This document shows, one piece after another, positions 1-11,550 of a DNA stretch of 45,145 bases. The translations under genes and the position numbers were made by a program. The notes under the pieces are model-generated. The model was not told the DNA's origin, ran no database searches, and saw only the letters and a program-made list of their open reading frames with translations. Source of the stretch: Methyloceanibacter sp. (GTDB lineage Bacteria; Pseudomonadota; Alphaproteobacteria; Rhizobiales; Methyloligellaceae); the NCBI GenBank assembly GCA_030669345.1, contig DAOVDX010000001.1:1-45145 (forward strand). Direction: 5' to 3'. Position 1 is the stretch's first letter, and each line of letters opens with the position of its first letter.

Positions 1-1
1 T

Positions 2-3000
2 GTTGCAGTACCGAATGTCAATCTGACGCTGGTGGTCGCACGGCCCGATGGGATCGACTACCGGCGCACCGTGGTGCCTGACGAGGGCATTGGTGGCCGG
101 GCGCTCGACGTGAAGCTCATCTCTTCGGTGCCGACCGGCACGTGGCGGGTCTCGGTCTATTCCGATCCGAAAGGTTCCGCCATCGGCACCACGACTTTCT
201 TGGTCGAGGACTATGTGCCGGAGCGGCTGGAGTTTGAGCTCTCGAGCGACGCGAATAGCCTGTCGCCATCGTCACCTGCCGCGATGGTGCTCGACGCCCG
301 TTTCCTCTATGGCGCGCCAGCCTCCGGGCTCGCCCTTGACGGAGAGCTAAACATCTCCGCCTCGCCTGAGCGCCCGGGCTTTCCCGGCTATGTGTTCGGC
401 CTCAACGATGGGACTTCCGGCAACCGCTTCAGAACTGAGACCTTCCCGCTGGTCAATCTGCCGGAGACCGATGCCGCCGGTCAGGCTGCATTCACGGTGA
501 CGCTCGACAAGATTCCCACCTCCACCAAACCGCTCGTCGCCAATGTCGTGCTGCGCATGGCCGAACCGGGTGGCCGGGCGGTCGAGCAAGCATTGTCGTT
601 TCCGGTAACACCGACCGCGCGGATGATCGGCGTGAAGCCGTTGTTCAAGGGCTCCGCGCTCGGCGATCAGGACATTGCCAAATTCGAAGTGGTAATGGCC
701 GCGCCCGATGGCGAGCAGATCGCGGCGAAGGGCCTCAAATGGCAACTGCTGCATATCGAATCTAAGTACCAGTGGTACCGGCAATACAGCTCCTGGCACT
801 ACGAGCCCATCAAGATTACGCGCCGCGTGGCCAACGGCGTCATCAGTGTGACACCCGATCAACCCGGCGCCATTTCCGTGCCGATGTCGTGGGGCCGCTA
901 CCGCCTCGAAGTTGAGAGCGCCACGCCGCAGGGACCGCTTACGACTTATGCATTCGACTCCGGCTGGTATGCCAGCACCAGTGCCGACACGCCGGATTTG
1001 CTGGAGATCGCGCTCGACAAGCCCGGCTATAAAGCCGGCGACGCCATGACTGTCGCCGTCACCGCGCGCAGCGCCGGCAAGGTCACGCTGTCAGTGATTG
1101 GCGACCGGCTGCTCTCAACGATAACGACAGATGTAAAAGCCGGCCTGGTCGAGATCTCCCTCACCGTGGGCGAGGATTGGGGCACTGGCGCTTATGTGCT
1201 CGCCACGCTGAGGCGCCCGCTGGGCGAAGCCGAAAAGCGTATGCCGAGCCGCGCCATTGGCCTGCAATGGTTCAGCATCAATAAGGCCGAGCACACGATC
1301 GGCGTCGATCTGGACTTGCCCGAACTCATTCGTCCCGAAACGAAGCTGCGCGTACCGGTGAAGCTTGCCAATCTCGCATCCGGCGAGCAGGCTCGCATCG
1401 TGGTCTCGGCTGTCGATGTCGGCATTCTCAACCTCACCGGCTATGAGCCGCCATCGCCTGACGACTTCTATCTCGGCCAGCGCAGACTCTCAGCAGGCGT
1501 CCGCGACCTCTATGGTCAGCTCATCGACGGCATGCAAGACACGCGCGGGCATATCCGCACGGGTGGCGACGGGGGCGCAGGCGCGTTACTCGGCAGCCCG
1601 CCATCCCAGAAGCCGCTGGCGCTTTATTCCGGCATCGTCACCGTCGGCCCCGACGGCATGGCGGAAGTTGAATTCGACATTCCCGCCTTCACGGGCACCG
1701 TGCGCATCATGGCCGTGGCCTGGAGCAAGGGCCAAGTCGGCAACGGCTCGGGCGATGTCATCGTGCGCGATAAGGTCGTGGTCGCCGCCACGCTGCCGCG
1801 CTTCCTGCTAACTGGCGACGTGTCAACGCTGCGTCTCGACCTCGACAATGTGGAAGGCGCAACCGGCGTCTATGAGATCGCCGTCTCGACGACCGGCCCG
1901 CTCAGTGTCCGGCCAGCTGGCAGGACGATCAAGCTCGACGCCAAGAAGCGTGGCGCGGTGACGTTCCCTCTCACTGGCGGAGGCGTCGGCGCCGGAAAAA
2001 TCGATATCTCGGTCACCGGGCCTGACGGCTTCTCAGTCAAGCGGCGCTATGCGTTGACCGTCGACGCCTCGACGCAAATTCTGGCCCGGCGCACAATCAA
2101 GCCGCTGGCGCCTGGTAAGAGCATCACGCTAACTAACGGTGTGTTCGCCGACCTGGTGCCGGGCACTGGCAGTTTGGCGTTGTCGGTCACACCATCCGCC
2201 GCGCTCGACGTGGCGAGCCTTCTTGCCGCGCTTGACCGCTATCCGCTGGACTGCACCGAACAGATCGTCAGCCGCGCCATTCCGCTTCTCTATGTCAACG
2301 AGATGGCGCTTGGCGCAGACGTGGCTGTCGATACGAATGTGGATGCGCGCGTTGCTAAGGCCATCGAGATCGTGCTGGCGCGCCAGGGCTATGAAGGCGC
2401 GTTCGGCCTGTGGTCGCCGGGCGGCAGCGATGCTTGGCTCGACTCTTACGTCACCGACTTCCTGACGCGCGCGCGCGCCCAAGGCTTCACCGTGCCGGAC
2501 GATCGCTTCAAGCTCGCGCTGAACCGCTTGCGGAACTATGTGAGCACCGCGCCCGACGTTTCCGTCGATGGCGGACTGCCATTGTCCTATGCACTCTATG
2601 TGCTGGCCCAGAACGGCATGGCCCCGGTGGGCGACCTTCGCTACATCGCCGACGTCAAGCTGAAGGACCTCGCCACGCCGACAGCGCAGGCTGAAATTGG
2701 CGCGGCGCTCGCCATGCTCGGCGATCAAATCCGGGCCGAGAAGGCATTCCGGGTCGCGGCCCGCAGCCTGCCGAAAGAGGCGGCCGAGCCCAAGGCCGGT
2801 CGCATTGATTTCGGTTCGGTGCTGCGCGACGCGGCCGCCGTGGTCACACTAGCCGCCGAAGGCGGAGCGCCTAAATTCATCCTCGCTAGCGCCACGAAGC
2901 AGATTGGCGAGGCACGTAACCGCGTCACCTATACGTCCACGCAAGACGACGCGTGGCTCGTACTCGCCGCCCGCGCGCTCGGCAAACAGGACGTCAAAAT

Positions 3001-3616
3001 CGGCGTCGACGACGGTGGGATCGGTGGCGATCAACAAGGGCCGCTCTATCGCAATATCAGCGAAGAAGATCTCGGCATTAATCCGCTGACTGTGACCAAT
3101 CGGGGCACCACGCTGCTTGAGGCCGTCATCTCCGTCAGCGGTGCGCCCACCACGCCGGAGCCCGCGGCGGATCACGGGCTCAAGCTGGAGCGCAGCTTCC
3201 ACAAGCTCAGTGGCGAAGAGATTGACATCAAGACGGTAAGACAGAATGAGCGCATCGTCGTGCTGCTCACTGTCACCGAGGCTAAGCCACAATTTGCGCG
3301 GGTGTCGCTCACCGACCATGTGCCGGCGGGCTTTGAGATCGATAACCCACGCCTCGTGTCATCGGCGGACACTGGTGGACTTTATTGGATTTCGCACGCA
3401 GCGAATCCCGCCCATACGGAATTCCGCGACAACCGCTTCGTGGCGGCGTTTGAGCGCCGCAGCAAAAGCCCCGTGATCTACACTGTCGCCTATGTGGTGC
3501 GCGCCGTGTCACCCGGCAAATATGTGCTGCCCCAAGCCGTGGTGGAGGACATGTATCAGCCCGACCGCTTCGGCCGCACCGGCACCGGAACCGTCACGGT
3601 GACCCCACCGAAATGA
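2..3616 (+). CDS. yfhM: Bacterial alpha-2-macroglobulin (5'-truncated by window edge)
   Basis: Frame is open from nt 2. Contains VEDYVPER, SAVDVGIL, thioester CTEQ (2252-2263), GAFGLW, PAGFEI and VEDMYQP motifs. ATGA overlap with pbpC, the established yfhM-pbpC pairing. Confidence 0.93.
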   Translation, partial: VAVPNVNLTLVVARPDGIDYRRTVVPDEGIGGRALDVKLISSVPTGTWRVSVYSDPKGSAIGTTTFLVEDYVPERLEFELSSDANSLSPSSPAAMVLDARFLYGAPASGLALDGELNISASPERPGFPGYVFGLNDGTSGNRFRTETFPLVNLPETDAAGQAAFTVTLDKIPTSTKPLVANVVLRMAEPGGRAVEQALSFPVTPTARMIGVKPLFKGSALGDQDIAKFEVVMAAPDGEQIAAKGLKWQLLHIESKYQWYRQYSSWHYEPIKITRRVANGVISVTPDQPGAISVPMSWGRYRLEVESATPQGPLTTYAFDSGWYASTSADTPDLLEIALDKPGYKAGDAMTVAVTARSAGKVTLSVIGDRLLSTITTDVKAGLVEISLTVGEDWGTGAYVLATLRRPLGEAEKRMPSRAIGLQWFSINKAEHTIGVDLDLPELIRPETKLRVPVKLANLASGEQARIVVSAVDVGILNLTGYEPPSPDDFYLGQRRLSAGVRDLYGQLIDGMQDTRGHIRTGGDGGAGALLGSPPSQKPLALYSGIVTVGPDGMAEVEFDIPAFTGTVRIMAVAWSKGQVGNGSGDVIVRDKVVVAATLPRFLLTGDVSTLRLDLDNVEGATGVYEIAVSTTGPLSVRPAGRTIKLDAKKRGAVTFPLTGGGVGAGKIDISVTGPDGFSVKRRYALTVDASTQILARRTIKPLAPGKSITLTNGVFADLVPGTGSLALSVTPSAALDVASLLAALDRYPLDCTEQIVSRAIPLLYVNEMALGADVAVDTNVDARVAKAIEIVLARQGYEGAFGLWSPGGSDAWLDSYVTDFLTRARAQGFTVPDDRFKLALNRLRNYVSTAPDVSVDGGLPLSYALYVLAQNGMAPVGDLRYIADVKLKDLATPTAQAEIGAALAMLGDQIRAEKAFRVAARSLPKEAAEPKAGRIDFGSVLRDAAAVVTLAAEGGAPKFILASATKQIGEARNRVTYTSTQDDAWLVLAARALGKQDVKIGVDDGGIGGDQQGPLYRNISEEDLGINPLTVTNRGTTLLEAVISVSGAPTTPEPAADHGLKLERSFHKLSGEEIDIKTVRQNERIVVLLTVTEAKPQFARVSLTDHVPAGFEIDNPRLVSSADTGGLYWISHAANPAHTEFRDNRFVAAFERRSKSPVIYTVAYVVRAVSPGKYVLPQAVVEDMYQPDRFGRTGTGTVTVTPPK

Positions 3617-5724
3617 GCACGCCCTCAAATGACCGTCTCCCCACAGGGGAGAAGGGGAAATGGATGCGCCGGGCAGCCTATGGCGCCATAGGCATTATGT
3701 GGATCGCCGCCGCGATGGCCGGCGGCGCGGCTGGGTTCGTCCAATCTCTCGGGCCGGCGCCGCTCGGACAAAATCTCGAAGTCTCGGCAACAGTGCTCGA
3801 CCGCGATGGCAAATTGCTGCGCGGTTATCTCACCAGCGAGGGCCGTTGGCGGCTTCCAGCGACAAGGGCCGATGTCGACCCTCGCTTCTTAGAGGCGCTG
3901 TTGGCCTATGAGGACAAGCGCTTCTTCGACCATCGCGGCGTGGACCCGCTGGCCATGATGCGGGCGGCCTATCAGCTCGCGACCCAGGGCCGCATCGTCT
4001 CGGGCGGCTCAACCCTCTCTATGCAAGTCGCGCGACTCTTGGAGCCACGCCAGGAGCAATCCATTCAAGCCAAGTTCAAACAGGCCGTGCGAGGCCTGCA
4101 GCTCGAATGGGTGCTGAGCAAAGACGAAATTCTCAGCCTCTATCTGACGCTTGCGCCTTATGGCGGAAATCTCGAAGGCATCCGCGCCGCGTCCCTCGCC
4201 TATTTCGGCAAGGAGCCGCGCCGGCTCACTTTGGGTGAAGCAGCCCTTCTGGTGGCGCTGCCGCAATCGCCGGAATATCGCCGGCCTGACCGGCACCTTA
4301 AGACGGCGCGAGCCGCGCGCAGCCGCGTGCTCGACCGCATCGCCGGACATGGCCTGTTCAGCGCCAGCGAGATCGCCCGGGCCAAGACCGAGCCTGTCCC
4401 CACAGCGCGTAAAGCCATGCCGCTCAGCGCGCCCCATGCAGCTGATGAGGCCATGGCGGCGGCGGACGCCAAGAAAATCATCCATCTCACCATCGACGGC
4501 CGTTTGCAGCGCCGGTTAGAGGCGCTGGCCCGCAAGCGCGCCGCAAGCCTCGGCGAGGCCATGTCGGCGGCCATCGTGGTGCTGGACAATGCGACCGGTG
4601 AAATTCTGGCGCGTGTCGCCTCGCCGGACTATTTCGATGTGGGCCGCGCGGGCCAGGTGGATTTGACCCGCGCCGTGCGCTCGCCAGGCTCGGCGCTGAA
4701 GCCCTTTATCTATGGGCTCGGTTTCGAAGACGGGCTGGTTCACCCCGAAACGATGATCGAGGACCGGCCTATCCGCTATGGCAACTATGCGCCGGAAAAT
4801 TTCGACCAGACATTTCAGGGCACGGTGACGGTGCGCCGGGCGCTGCAACAATCGCTCAACGTGCCCGCGGTTGCCGTGCTCGACGCGGTGGGCCCGAGCC
4901 GATTGCTAGCGCGGCTGTCGGAAGCCGGCGCGTCGCTCGTGCTGCCGAAACATGAGACGCCAGGACTGGCGCTTGGCCTTGGCGGCATCGGCATTCGCCT
5001 GCTCGACCTCACCACGCTTTATTCCGGGCTCGCCCGGCAGGGCAATGTGGCGCCAGTCATCGAACGTCTTGGTGCTACGCCGCCTTCCCGCAAACGTCTG
5101 ATGGAGCCGGTGGCCGCCTGGTATGTCGGCGACGTGTTGCTGGGTGCGCCCCCTCCTCGGAACGCCCTTGGGGGCCGCATCGCGTTTAAGACCGGCACCA
5201 GCTACGGCTATCGCGATGCCTGGGCCATTGGCTTCGATGGGCAACACACGATCGGGGTTTGGGTCGGACGGCCAGACGGTGCGCCCGTCACCGGCCTCGT
5301 CGGGCGGGGCACGGCGGCGCCTATCCTGTTCGATGCCTTCGCCAGATTAGGGCGAACCATCAAAGCCCTGCCGCCCGCACCGAAGGGCGTGCTGACATCG
5401 TCCACGGCGAGACTGCCACCACCGCTCCAGCGCTTTGCCGCCAGGGGAGCCGTCAGCGATAGCTTGGCCGAAAAGGTCCGCATCGTGTTTCCGCCCAATG
5501 GCGTGAGCCTGGCGCTATCTACGAGCGGCGCGGCGCTGGACCCCATGGCCATCAAAATCGCCGGGGGCACGCCACCGCTGAACGTGCTGGTCAACGGGAT
5601 GCCGCTAAAGACCACCAATGCCCCAAGAACATTGTTTTTTGAGCCTGACGGGCCGGGATTTGTGCGCCTTACGGTGACGGACGCGGCAGGCACGGTGGAC
5701 AGCGTCGTCGTCCGCCTCCAGTAA
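3613..5724 (+). CDS. pbpC: Penicillin-binding protein 1C
   Basis: Transglycosylase motifs [12 protein letters not shown] and [11 protein letters not shown]; transpeptidase SALK, SLN and KTGTS; directly follows A2M. Confidence 0.95.
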   Translation: MSTPSNDRLPTGEKGKWMRRAAYGAIGIMWIAAAMAGGAAGFVQSLGPAPLGQNLEVSATVLDRDGKLLRGYLTSEGRWRLPATRADVDPRFLEALLAYEDKRFFDHRGVDPLAMMRAAYQLATQGRIVSGGSTLSMQVARLLEPRQEQSIQAKFKQAVRGLQLEWVLSKDEILSLYLTLAPYGGNLEGIRAASLAYFGKEPRRLTLGEAALLVALPQSPEYRRPDRHLKTARAARSRVLDRIAGHGLFSASEIARAKTEPVPTARKAMPLSAPHAADEAMAAADAKKIIHLTIDGRLQRRLEALARKRAASLGEAMSAAIVVLDNATGEILARVASPDYFDVGRAGQVDLTRAVRSPGSALKPFIYGLGFEDGLVHPETMIEDRPIRYGNYAPENFDQTFQGTVTVRRALQQSLNVPAVAVLDAVGPSRLLARLSEAGASLVLPKHETPGLALGLGGIGIRLLDLTTLYSGLARQGNVAPVIERLGATPPSRKRLMEPVAAWYVGDVLLGAPPPRNALGGRIAFKTGTSYGYRDAWAIGFDGQHTIGVWVGRPDGAPVTGLVGRGTAAPILFDAFARLGRTIKALPPAPKGVLTSSTARLPPPLQRFAARGAVSDSLAEKVRIVFPPNGVSLALSTSGAALDPMAIKIAGGTPPLNVLVNGMPLKTTNAPRTLFFEPDGPGFVRLTVTDAAGTVDSVVVRLQ

Positions 5725-5788
5725 GCGTGAAGCCTGGATACCCAGCAAACCCTTGACGAAAGCCGGCCTCAGCCTCAACAAACGGACC

Positions 5789-7186
5789 ATGACTGAAAGC
5801 CCCGACAAGACCACGGCCAAGAAGCTGCATATCAAGACCTTCGGCTGCCAGATGAATGCGTATGATTCCGAGCGCATGGCCGAAGCGCTTCAGCCTGCCG
5901 GTTTTCAGCTTACCGATGACGTTGCCGACGCCGATCTGGTCATTCTCAACACCTGCCATATCCGGGAGAAGGCGGCGGAGAAGGTCTATTCCGAGCTTGG
6001 GCGCCTTCGGAAGACCAAGGAGGCGCGGAAGCTCGAAGGCCGCGACACCATGGTGGCCGTCGCTGGCTGTGTCGCTCAGGCCGAGGGCAAAGAGATCGTT
6101 TCGCGCGCGCCCGTCGTCGACATCGTTGTGGGACCGCAAAGCCTGCACCGCCTCGCCGATCTAGTCTCGGAGATTTCGTCGACCGGCAAAACTCTGATCG
6201 AGACGGATTTCCCGGCGGAAGAGAAATTCGCGGCGCTGCCGCAGCGCACGAACGGCAAGCGCCAAGTCTCGGCCTTCGTCACCGTGCAGGAGGGCTGCGA
6301 TAAATTCTGCACCTTCTGCGTGGTGCCCTACACGCGCGGCTCGGAATATTCACGCACACCAGGCGAGATCGTCGCCGAGGTGGAGCGGCTCGCGATGCGC
6401 GGCGTGCGCGAAGTCACGCTGCTGGGGCAAAACGTCAACGCCTATCACGGCGACGGGCCCGATGGCGCAACATGGTCGCTGGCGCAGTTGCTGCGGCGCT
6501 TGGGCGAAATCCCGTCCATCGAGCGCTTGCGCTTCACCACCAGCCATCCACACGACATGGACGATGACCTCATCGCGCTATTTGGTGACGAACAGAAGCT
6601 GATGCCCTATCTCCATCTGCCCTTCCAGTCGGGCTCGGACCGCATCCTCGCTGCCATGAACCGGAAACACACGGCGGAACACTATGAGGCGCTGATCACC
6701 AGGATCCGCGCCGCACGCACCGACCTGGCGCTCTCCACCGACATCATCGTGGGCTTCCCCGGCGAAACCGACCCTGATTTCGAAGCGACATTAGCCTTGG
6801 TGGCGCGTGTCGGCTTCGCCCAAGCTTACTCTTTCAAATATAGCGCGCGGCCGGGAACGCCGGCGGCGAACCTTGAGGATCAAGTACCCGAGGAAGCCAA
6901 GAAGGAACGCCTTGCCGCCTTGCAGAAACTGCTCGATGAGGGGCGCCGCAAATTCGACCAGCAATTGGTTGGCCAGAGCCTGCCCGTGCTGTTCGAGAGC
7001 AAAGGCCGGAACCCAGGGCAAATCCGAGGGCGTTCGCCTTATCTCCAGGCTGTGCATGTGGACGGCCCCGAGACGCTGATCGGCGAGATCGCCGAGGTTG
7101 ACATCTCGTCCGCTGGGCCAAACAGTCTCACGGGTGTCATGAAATCAGGAATTGAATGGCGCGAGCCGGTTCAGGCGGCCCTGTGA
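5789..7186 (+). CDS. miaB: tRNA-2-methylthio-N6-dimethylallyladenosine synthase
   Basis: TFGCQMN, NTCHIRE, radical [20 protein letters not shown] and C-terminal TRAM domain. ATG 5789 preferred over TTG 5753. Confidence 0.96.
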   Translation: MTESPDKTTAKKLHIKTFGCQMNAYDSERMAEALQPAGFQLTDDVADADLVILNTCHIREKAAEKVYSELGRLRKTKEARKLEGRDTMVAVAGCVAQAEGKEIVSRAPVVDIVVGPQSLHRLADLVSEISSTGKTLIETDFPAEEKFAALPQRTNGKRQVSAFVTVQEGCDKFCTFCVVPYTRGSEYSRTPGEIVAEVERLAMRGVREVTLLGQNVNAYHGDGPDGATWSLAQLLRRLGEIPSIERLRFTTSHPHDMDDDLIALFGDEQKLMPYLHLPFQSGSDRILAAMNRKHTAEHYEALITRIRAARTDLALSTDIIVGFPGETDPDFEATLALVARVGFAQAYSFKYSARPGTPAANLEDQVPEEAKKERLAALQKLLDEGRRKFDQQLVGQSLPVLFESKGRNPGQIRGRSPYLQAVHVDGPETLIGEIAEVDISSAGPNSLTGVMKSGIEWREPVQAAL

Positions 7187-7215
7187 CGAGCAAGGCCAGC
7201 GTTCGGAAGGCATCA

Positions 7216-8250
7216 TTGACGCGCGGACGAGGAGCAACGGCGAAACGCAGCGAAGCAGCGCTAGCCAACGGAAACGAAAAACCCATCGTCGTTTATTTCG
7301 ACGATACGGGTCTCGCGCGCGATCTCTTTGGCCATTTTGATGCAAATCTTGCAGTCTTAGAGGACCGTCTCGGCATCGAGGCCGTGGTCAACGGCAATGC
7401 CGTGGCCCTGCGTGGACCGGACGATGCCTGCGCCGCCGCAAAGTCCGTCCTCGAACATCTCTATAACCGTCTGGCACAAGGCGAGACCATTGGCGTCGGC
7501 GACGTGGCTGGTGCTGTCCGTCATGCCCGTGCTGCCCCGCCCCGCCAGGCCACGGAAGGCGACACGCCGGTTTCCACCGCCCAACAGATCCGCACGCGCA
7601 AGCGGCTGATCACGGCGCGCACGCCCTCACAGAGCACCTATCTTGAGTCACTCCAGCGCAACGATCTCGTTTTCGCCACCGGGCCCGCGGGCACCGGCAA
7701 GACCTATCTCGCGGTCGCCTTCGCGGCAGCCTGTCTCGAAGCCGGCATTTGCGACCGCTTGATCCTGTCGCGGCCCGCTGTCGAGGCTGGAGAACGGCTC
7801 GGCTTCCTTCCCGGCGACATGCGCGAGAAGGTCGACCCATATCTACGCCCGCTTTACGACGCGCTGTATGACGTGCTCGCACCGGAGCAAGTCGAGCGCG
7901 GGCTGACCGACGGCGTGATCGAGATTGCCCCGCTGGCCTTCATGCGCGGACGCACGCTCTCCCATGCCATTATCATTCTCGATGAAGCGCAAAACTGTAC
8001 CGCGGTTCAGCTCAAGATGTTCCTGACGCGAATTGGCGAAGGTAGCAAAATGATCGTGACCGGAGACCCGACGCAAGTGGACCTGCCAGCGGGCAAGGAC
8101 TCCGGGCTTACCGAAGCGATCGAAACGCTGCGCGGCATCGACGAAGTCGACCACATCGCCTTCACCAAATCCGACGTGGTGCGCCGCGAACTGGTGGGCC
8201 AAATCGTCGAGGCCTACGAGGCCGCTCCCAAAGGCAGTGAGCGCACATGA
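7216..8250 (+). CDS. phoH: PhoH family ATPase (YbeZ-like)
   Basis: GPAGTGKT, RPAVEAGERLGFLPGD, FMRGRT and DEAQN. Start uncertain: TTG 7216 after GGAAGG, or GTG 7183 overlapping the miaB stop. Confidence 0.93.
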   Translation: MTRGRGATAKRSEAALANGNEKPIVVYFDDTGLARDLFGHFDANLAVLEDRLGIEAVVNGNAVALRGPDDACAAAKSVLEHLYNRLAQGETIGVGDVAGAVRHARAAPPRQATEGDTPVSTAQQIRTRKRLITARTPSQSTYLESLQRNDLVFATGPAGTGKTYLAVAFAAACLEAGICDRLILSRPAVEAGERLGFLPGDMREKVDPYLRPLYDALYDVLAPEQVERGLTDGVIEIAPLAFMRGRTLSHAIIILDEAQNCTAVQLKMFLTRIGEGSKMIVTGDPTQVDLPAGKDSGLTEAIETLRGIDEVDHIAFTKSDVVRRELVGQIVEAYEAAPKGSERT

Positions 8251-8789
8251 CCGAAGGTGGCCCTAGTTGCGACAATGCTGAGCCTCGCGCGAACCTCGCT
8301 ATTGAGGTCGTTCGCCACGGCGGCGCCTGGGCGGACAACAAGATCAGCGATGCGTTGGTGGAGCGCGCCGCACATGCCGCGTTCACAGTAGCCACGCCCC
8401 AAACTCAAACCGCGTATGACGCGACCATCGTCCTGACGGACGATACGGAGATGACTCACCTCAATCGCACATGGCGCGGCAAGGATGCGCCCACCAACGT
8501 GCTGTCGTTTCCAGCGGGCGACGTTGTCAGCGAACCAGGCCCGCTTGGCGACATCGTGATTGCCTTTGAGACCACACAAAAAGAAGCGGACGACGAGAAC
8601 ACAGCCTTTGCCGACCATGTCTCACATCTCGTGGTTCATGGCGTGCTGCATTTGCTCGGTCTCGATCACATGCAAGACGACGAGGCGGAGCGGATGGAAA
8701 CCCTGGAGACACGCGCGCTCGCGTCTATTGGTGTCACCAACCCTTACGAATGCGAGCCTGAGACCAGCGTCGCTGAGGTGGCGCCATGA
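8247..8789 (+). CDS. ybeY: rRNA maturation endoribonuclease YbeY
   Basis: WRGKDAPTNVLSFP and HGVLHLLGLDH metal motif; ATGA overlaps at both ends. Confidence 0.95.
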   Translation: MTEGGPSCDNAEPRANLAIEVVRHGGAWADNKISDALVERAAHAAFTVATPQTQTAYDATIVLTDDTEMTHLNRTWRGKDAPTNVLSFPAGDVVSEPGPLGDIVIAFETTQKEADDENTAFADHVSHLVVHGVLHLLGLDHMQDDEAERMETLETRALASIGVTNPYECEPETSVAEVAP

Positions 8790-9760
8790 GCGACCCGCTC
8801 GCCGAGCACGAACATGAAGCCGAGCAGGCCCGTCGCGCCGACGCAGACGCGTCTTGGTTCGAGCGCGTGTTGCAAAAGCTTGGCCTTGGCGAGGGGCCCG
8901 ACCTTCGCGAGAGGATTGAGGATGAACTCGCCCGCAGCGACAGCGACGCGCTGAGCACCCAGGAGCGGAGCATGCTGCTGCGCATCCTGCGTTTCGACAA
9001 GCTCACGGTCGAAGACGTGATGGTGCCGCGCGCCGACATCGTGGCGGTCGAAGACGATGTCACGGTCGAGGAAATGATGCGCGTGTTTCGCCAGGAAGAG
9101 CATTCGCGCCTTCCCCTCTATCGCGAGACCCTCGACGATCCCCGCGGTATGATCCACATCCGCGATCTCATGTCGTGGATTACCGAGGAAGCGAATGGCG
9201 ATGACGGGATCGATCTCAGCAAGGTCGATCTCAAGCGAACCATTGGAGCGATCAATGTCGCGCGCGAACTGATCTACGTTCCGGGCTCCATGCCGGTTCT
9301 TGACCTGCTCCTGAAGATGCAGACTTCGCAGCTCCACCTTGCTCTGGTGGTCGATGAATATGGCGGCACCGACGGTCTCGTCTCCATCGAAGACTTGGTG
9401 GAGGAGGTCGTGGGCGAAATCGCTGACGAACACGATGTCGAAGAAGGCCCCATGATCCGCGTCGACGCCCGGCTAGGACTGATTGCCGATGCACGCACGA
9501 CGGTTGAAGACCTTGAGCAGCATCTCGGTGTCGAACTGGTCTCCGACGAGCAGGAAGAAGACATCGACACGCTCGGCGGCGTGGTGTTCGCGATTGCAGG
9601 CCGCGTCCCGGCACGGGGCGAACTTGTGCGTCATCCAAGTGGCATCGAATTCGAAGTCCTCGAAGCCGATCCACGCCGGATCAAGAAGCTACGCATCCAT
9701 CTTCCTCAAAAGCCGGACACCACCAAAACCGACGCCAAGGTGGACAAGAAGACGGACTAA
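8786..9760 (+). CDS. corC: CBS-domain HlyC/CorC family protein
   Basis: DVMVPRADI, HSRLP, VVDEYGGTDGLVSIEDLVEE and C-terminal CorC_HlyC domain; ybeY-corC-lnt synteny. Confidence 0.9.
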   Translation: MSDPLAEHEHEAEQARRADADASWFERVLQKLGLGEGPDLRERIEDELARSDSDALSTQERSMLLRILRFDKLTVEDVMVPRADIVAVEDDVTVEEMMRVFRQEEHSRLPLYRETLDDPRGMIHIRDLMSWITEEANGDDGIDLSKVDLKRTIGAINVARELIYVPGSMPVLDLLLKMQTSQLHLALVVDEYGGTDGLVSIEDLVEEVVGEIADEHDVEEGPMIRVDARLGLIADARTTVEDLEQHLGVELVSDEQEEDIDTLGGVVFAIAGRVPARGELVRHPSGIEFEVLEADPRRIKKLRIHLPQKPDTTKTDAKVDKKTD

Positions 9761-9824
9761 GAGTCGTCTCCTCCCACCAACAGGGTTGAGGTGAGCTAGG
9801 CAGCAATGTCATGACTCTTCTGCC

Positions 9825-11483
9825 ATGACTCCCAAGCCCCCTCACCCGCACTCTCCATCGGCCATGACCCAGGTCCCTTCGGCCATGGCCCGGGCCGCAG
9901 CCTGGGTCGGCCAGTTGCAGGGCCTGAAACGAGCTGCCTTCGCGGTCCTTCTCGGTGCGGCGTCCGTGCTCGCATTCGCGCCGGTACACGCTTGGCCGGT
10001 GCTGTTCGTGACCTTTGGTGGATTGGTCTGGCTTCTCGATGGCTGCCACGCGCGAGGCTCCGAATTGCGCATTCGGCTCCGATGCGCGGGCCTCACCGGA
10101 TTTTGGTTCGGATTCGGCTATTTTCTTGCTGGATTCTACTGGATGGCCGAGGCCTTCCTGGTGGAGCCCTGGCGCCATGGCTGGCTGATCCCCTTCGTCA
10201 TGACGGCGATGCCGGCTGGCATGGCCCTCTTCTTCGCTGCCGCCGGCGCGCTCGCAATGGTCATGTGGCGCCCCGGTGCGGGCCGTGTCTTTGCGTTAGC
10301 AATAGCCCTTGGCCTCGCCGAATATGCCCGTGGCCACGTGCTGACCGGGCTGCCGTGGAATCTGATTGGCTATGGGCTCCTGCCTGAGGGTCCGTTGATG
10401 CAGCTCGCGGCCCTTCTCGGCGTCTATGCGCTGAGCATCGTGGCGGTCCTGCTCTTCGCGGCACCTGCAGCAATCTTGAGTGCCGGCCAAGCTCCAAGCA
10501 AGGGAGCCGCGGCGCTGGCCGCCTTTCTGTTGGTGGCGCTTGGGCTCGGCTTTGTGTGGGGCGACCGGCGGCTTGCGGCCGCTGCCGACATTGCGACCGA
10601 CGTGCGGCTGCGCATCGTCCAAGCAAATATCGACCAAGCCAATAAATGGCGGCCTGAGAACAGCGCCGAGATTTTCGCCGACTATCTCGATCTCACCAGG
10701 GCGCCAGGAATTGACGAGGTCAATCTCGTCATCTGGCCAGAGACCGCCGTCCCTTTTCTCCTCGCCGATACGCCAGAGGCGCTGGCCGCCATAGGCGAAG
10801 CGCTTCCCCAAGACACCTCGTTACTTGTGGGCTCGACACGACGTAGCGCGGAACGCACCCCAAGCGGACGGCTGACAGGCCAACGCATCTTCAACAGCCT
10901 GCTGGTGATCGACGAGGGGGGCACGGTGATCGCCGGCTACGACAAGATTCATCTCGTGCCATTCGGCGAATATCTACCGTTTCAAGATCTTCTTGAGAGC
11001 CTCGGCTTCATGCAGATGACAGGCATTCGCGGTGGCTTCAGCGAAGGGACCGGTCCGCGACTGTTGCCCATTCCGGGAGCGGCACCGACGAGCCCACTCA
11101 TTTGCTATGAGATCATCTTCCCCGACGATGTCACCGACAAGATGAAGCGGCCCGGTTGGTTGATCAATGTCACTAATGACGCTTGGTTTGGGTCGAGCGC
11201 CGGTCCTTATCAGCATTTCCACCAGGCCCAAGTGCGCGCGGTCGAGCAAGGTTTGCCGGTCGTGCGGGCCGCTAACACTGGCATCTCTGCGGTTATTGAC
11301 GCCTATGGCCGCGTCCACGCGAGAATCGGTCTCGGCGAAAGAGGTTTTGTGGATGCTTATCTGCCTAAAGCGGGCCCGCGAACACCCTTCGTGAAACTCG
11401 GATTTATCCTCGAAATCTTCGCTTTAGTGTTCGCCATGTTGGCTTGGCTTGTGTGCCACCGATGCGAGCAGGTGCGAACTTGA
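9825..11483 (+). CDS. lnt: Apolipoprotein N-acyltransferase
   Basis: Multi-TM N-terminus; nitrilase triad in WPE, YDKIHLVPFGE and ICYE; TNDAWFG. Start may be a later Met. Confidence 0.95.
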   Translation: MTPKPPHPHSPSAMTQVPSAMARAAAWVGQLQGLKRAAFAVLLGAASVLAFAPVHAWPVLFVTFGGLVWLLDGCHARGSELRIRLRCAGLTGFWFGFGYFLAGFYWMAEAFLVEPWRHGWLIPFVMTAMPAGMALFFAAAGALAMVMWRPGAGRVFALAIALGLAEYARGHVLTGLPWNLIGYGLLPEGPLMQLAALLGVYALSIVAVLLFAAPAAILSAGQAPSKGAAALAAFLLVALGLGFVWGDRRLAAAADIATDVRLRIVQANIDQANKWRPENSAEIFADYLDLTRAPGIDEVNLVIWPETAVPFLLADTPEALAAIGEALPQDTSLLVGSTRRSAERTPSGRLTGQRIFNSLLVIDEGGTVIAGYDKIHLVPFGEYLPFQDLLESLGFMQMTGIRGGFSEGTGPRLLPIPGAAPTSPLICYEIIFPDDVTDKMKRPGWLINVTNDAWFGSSAGPYQHFHQAQVRAVEQGLPVVRAANTGISAVIDAYGRVHARIGLGERGFVDAYLPKAGPRTPFVKLGFILEIFALVFAMLAWLVCHRCEQVRT

Positions 11484-11538
11484 CGACCTTGGGAGCCCAC
11501 CTTAGAACAATTTTACGTGAACGGCGTTTCCGGCCCAA

Positions 11539-11550
11539 TCAATATATTGA
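11539..11550. promoter_or_regulatory. Perfect 12-bp palindrome TCAATATATTGA upstream of the XRE regulator (candidate operator)
   Basis: Seen directly in the AT-rich lnt-phrR spacer; function inferred. Confidence 0.35.

Noticed and set aside
11501-11517. Irr ICE box CTTAGAACAATTTTACG upstream of phrR
   Set aside because: About four mismatches to TTTAGAA-N3-TTCTAAA; too weak.
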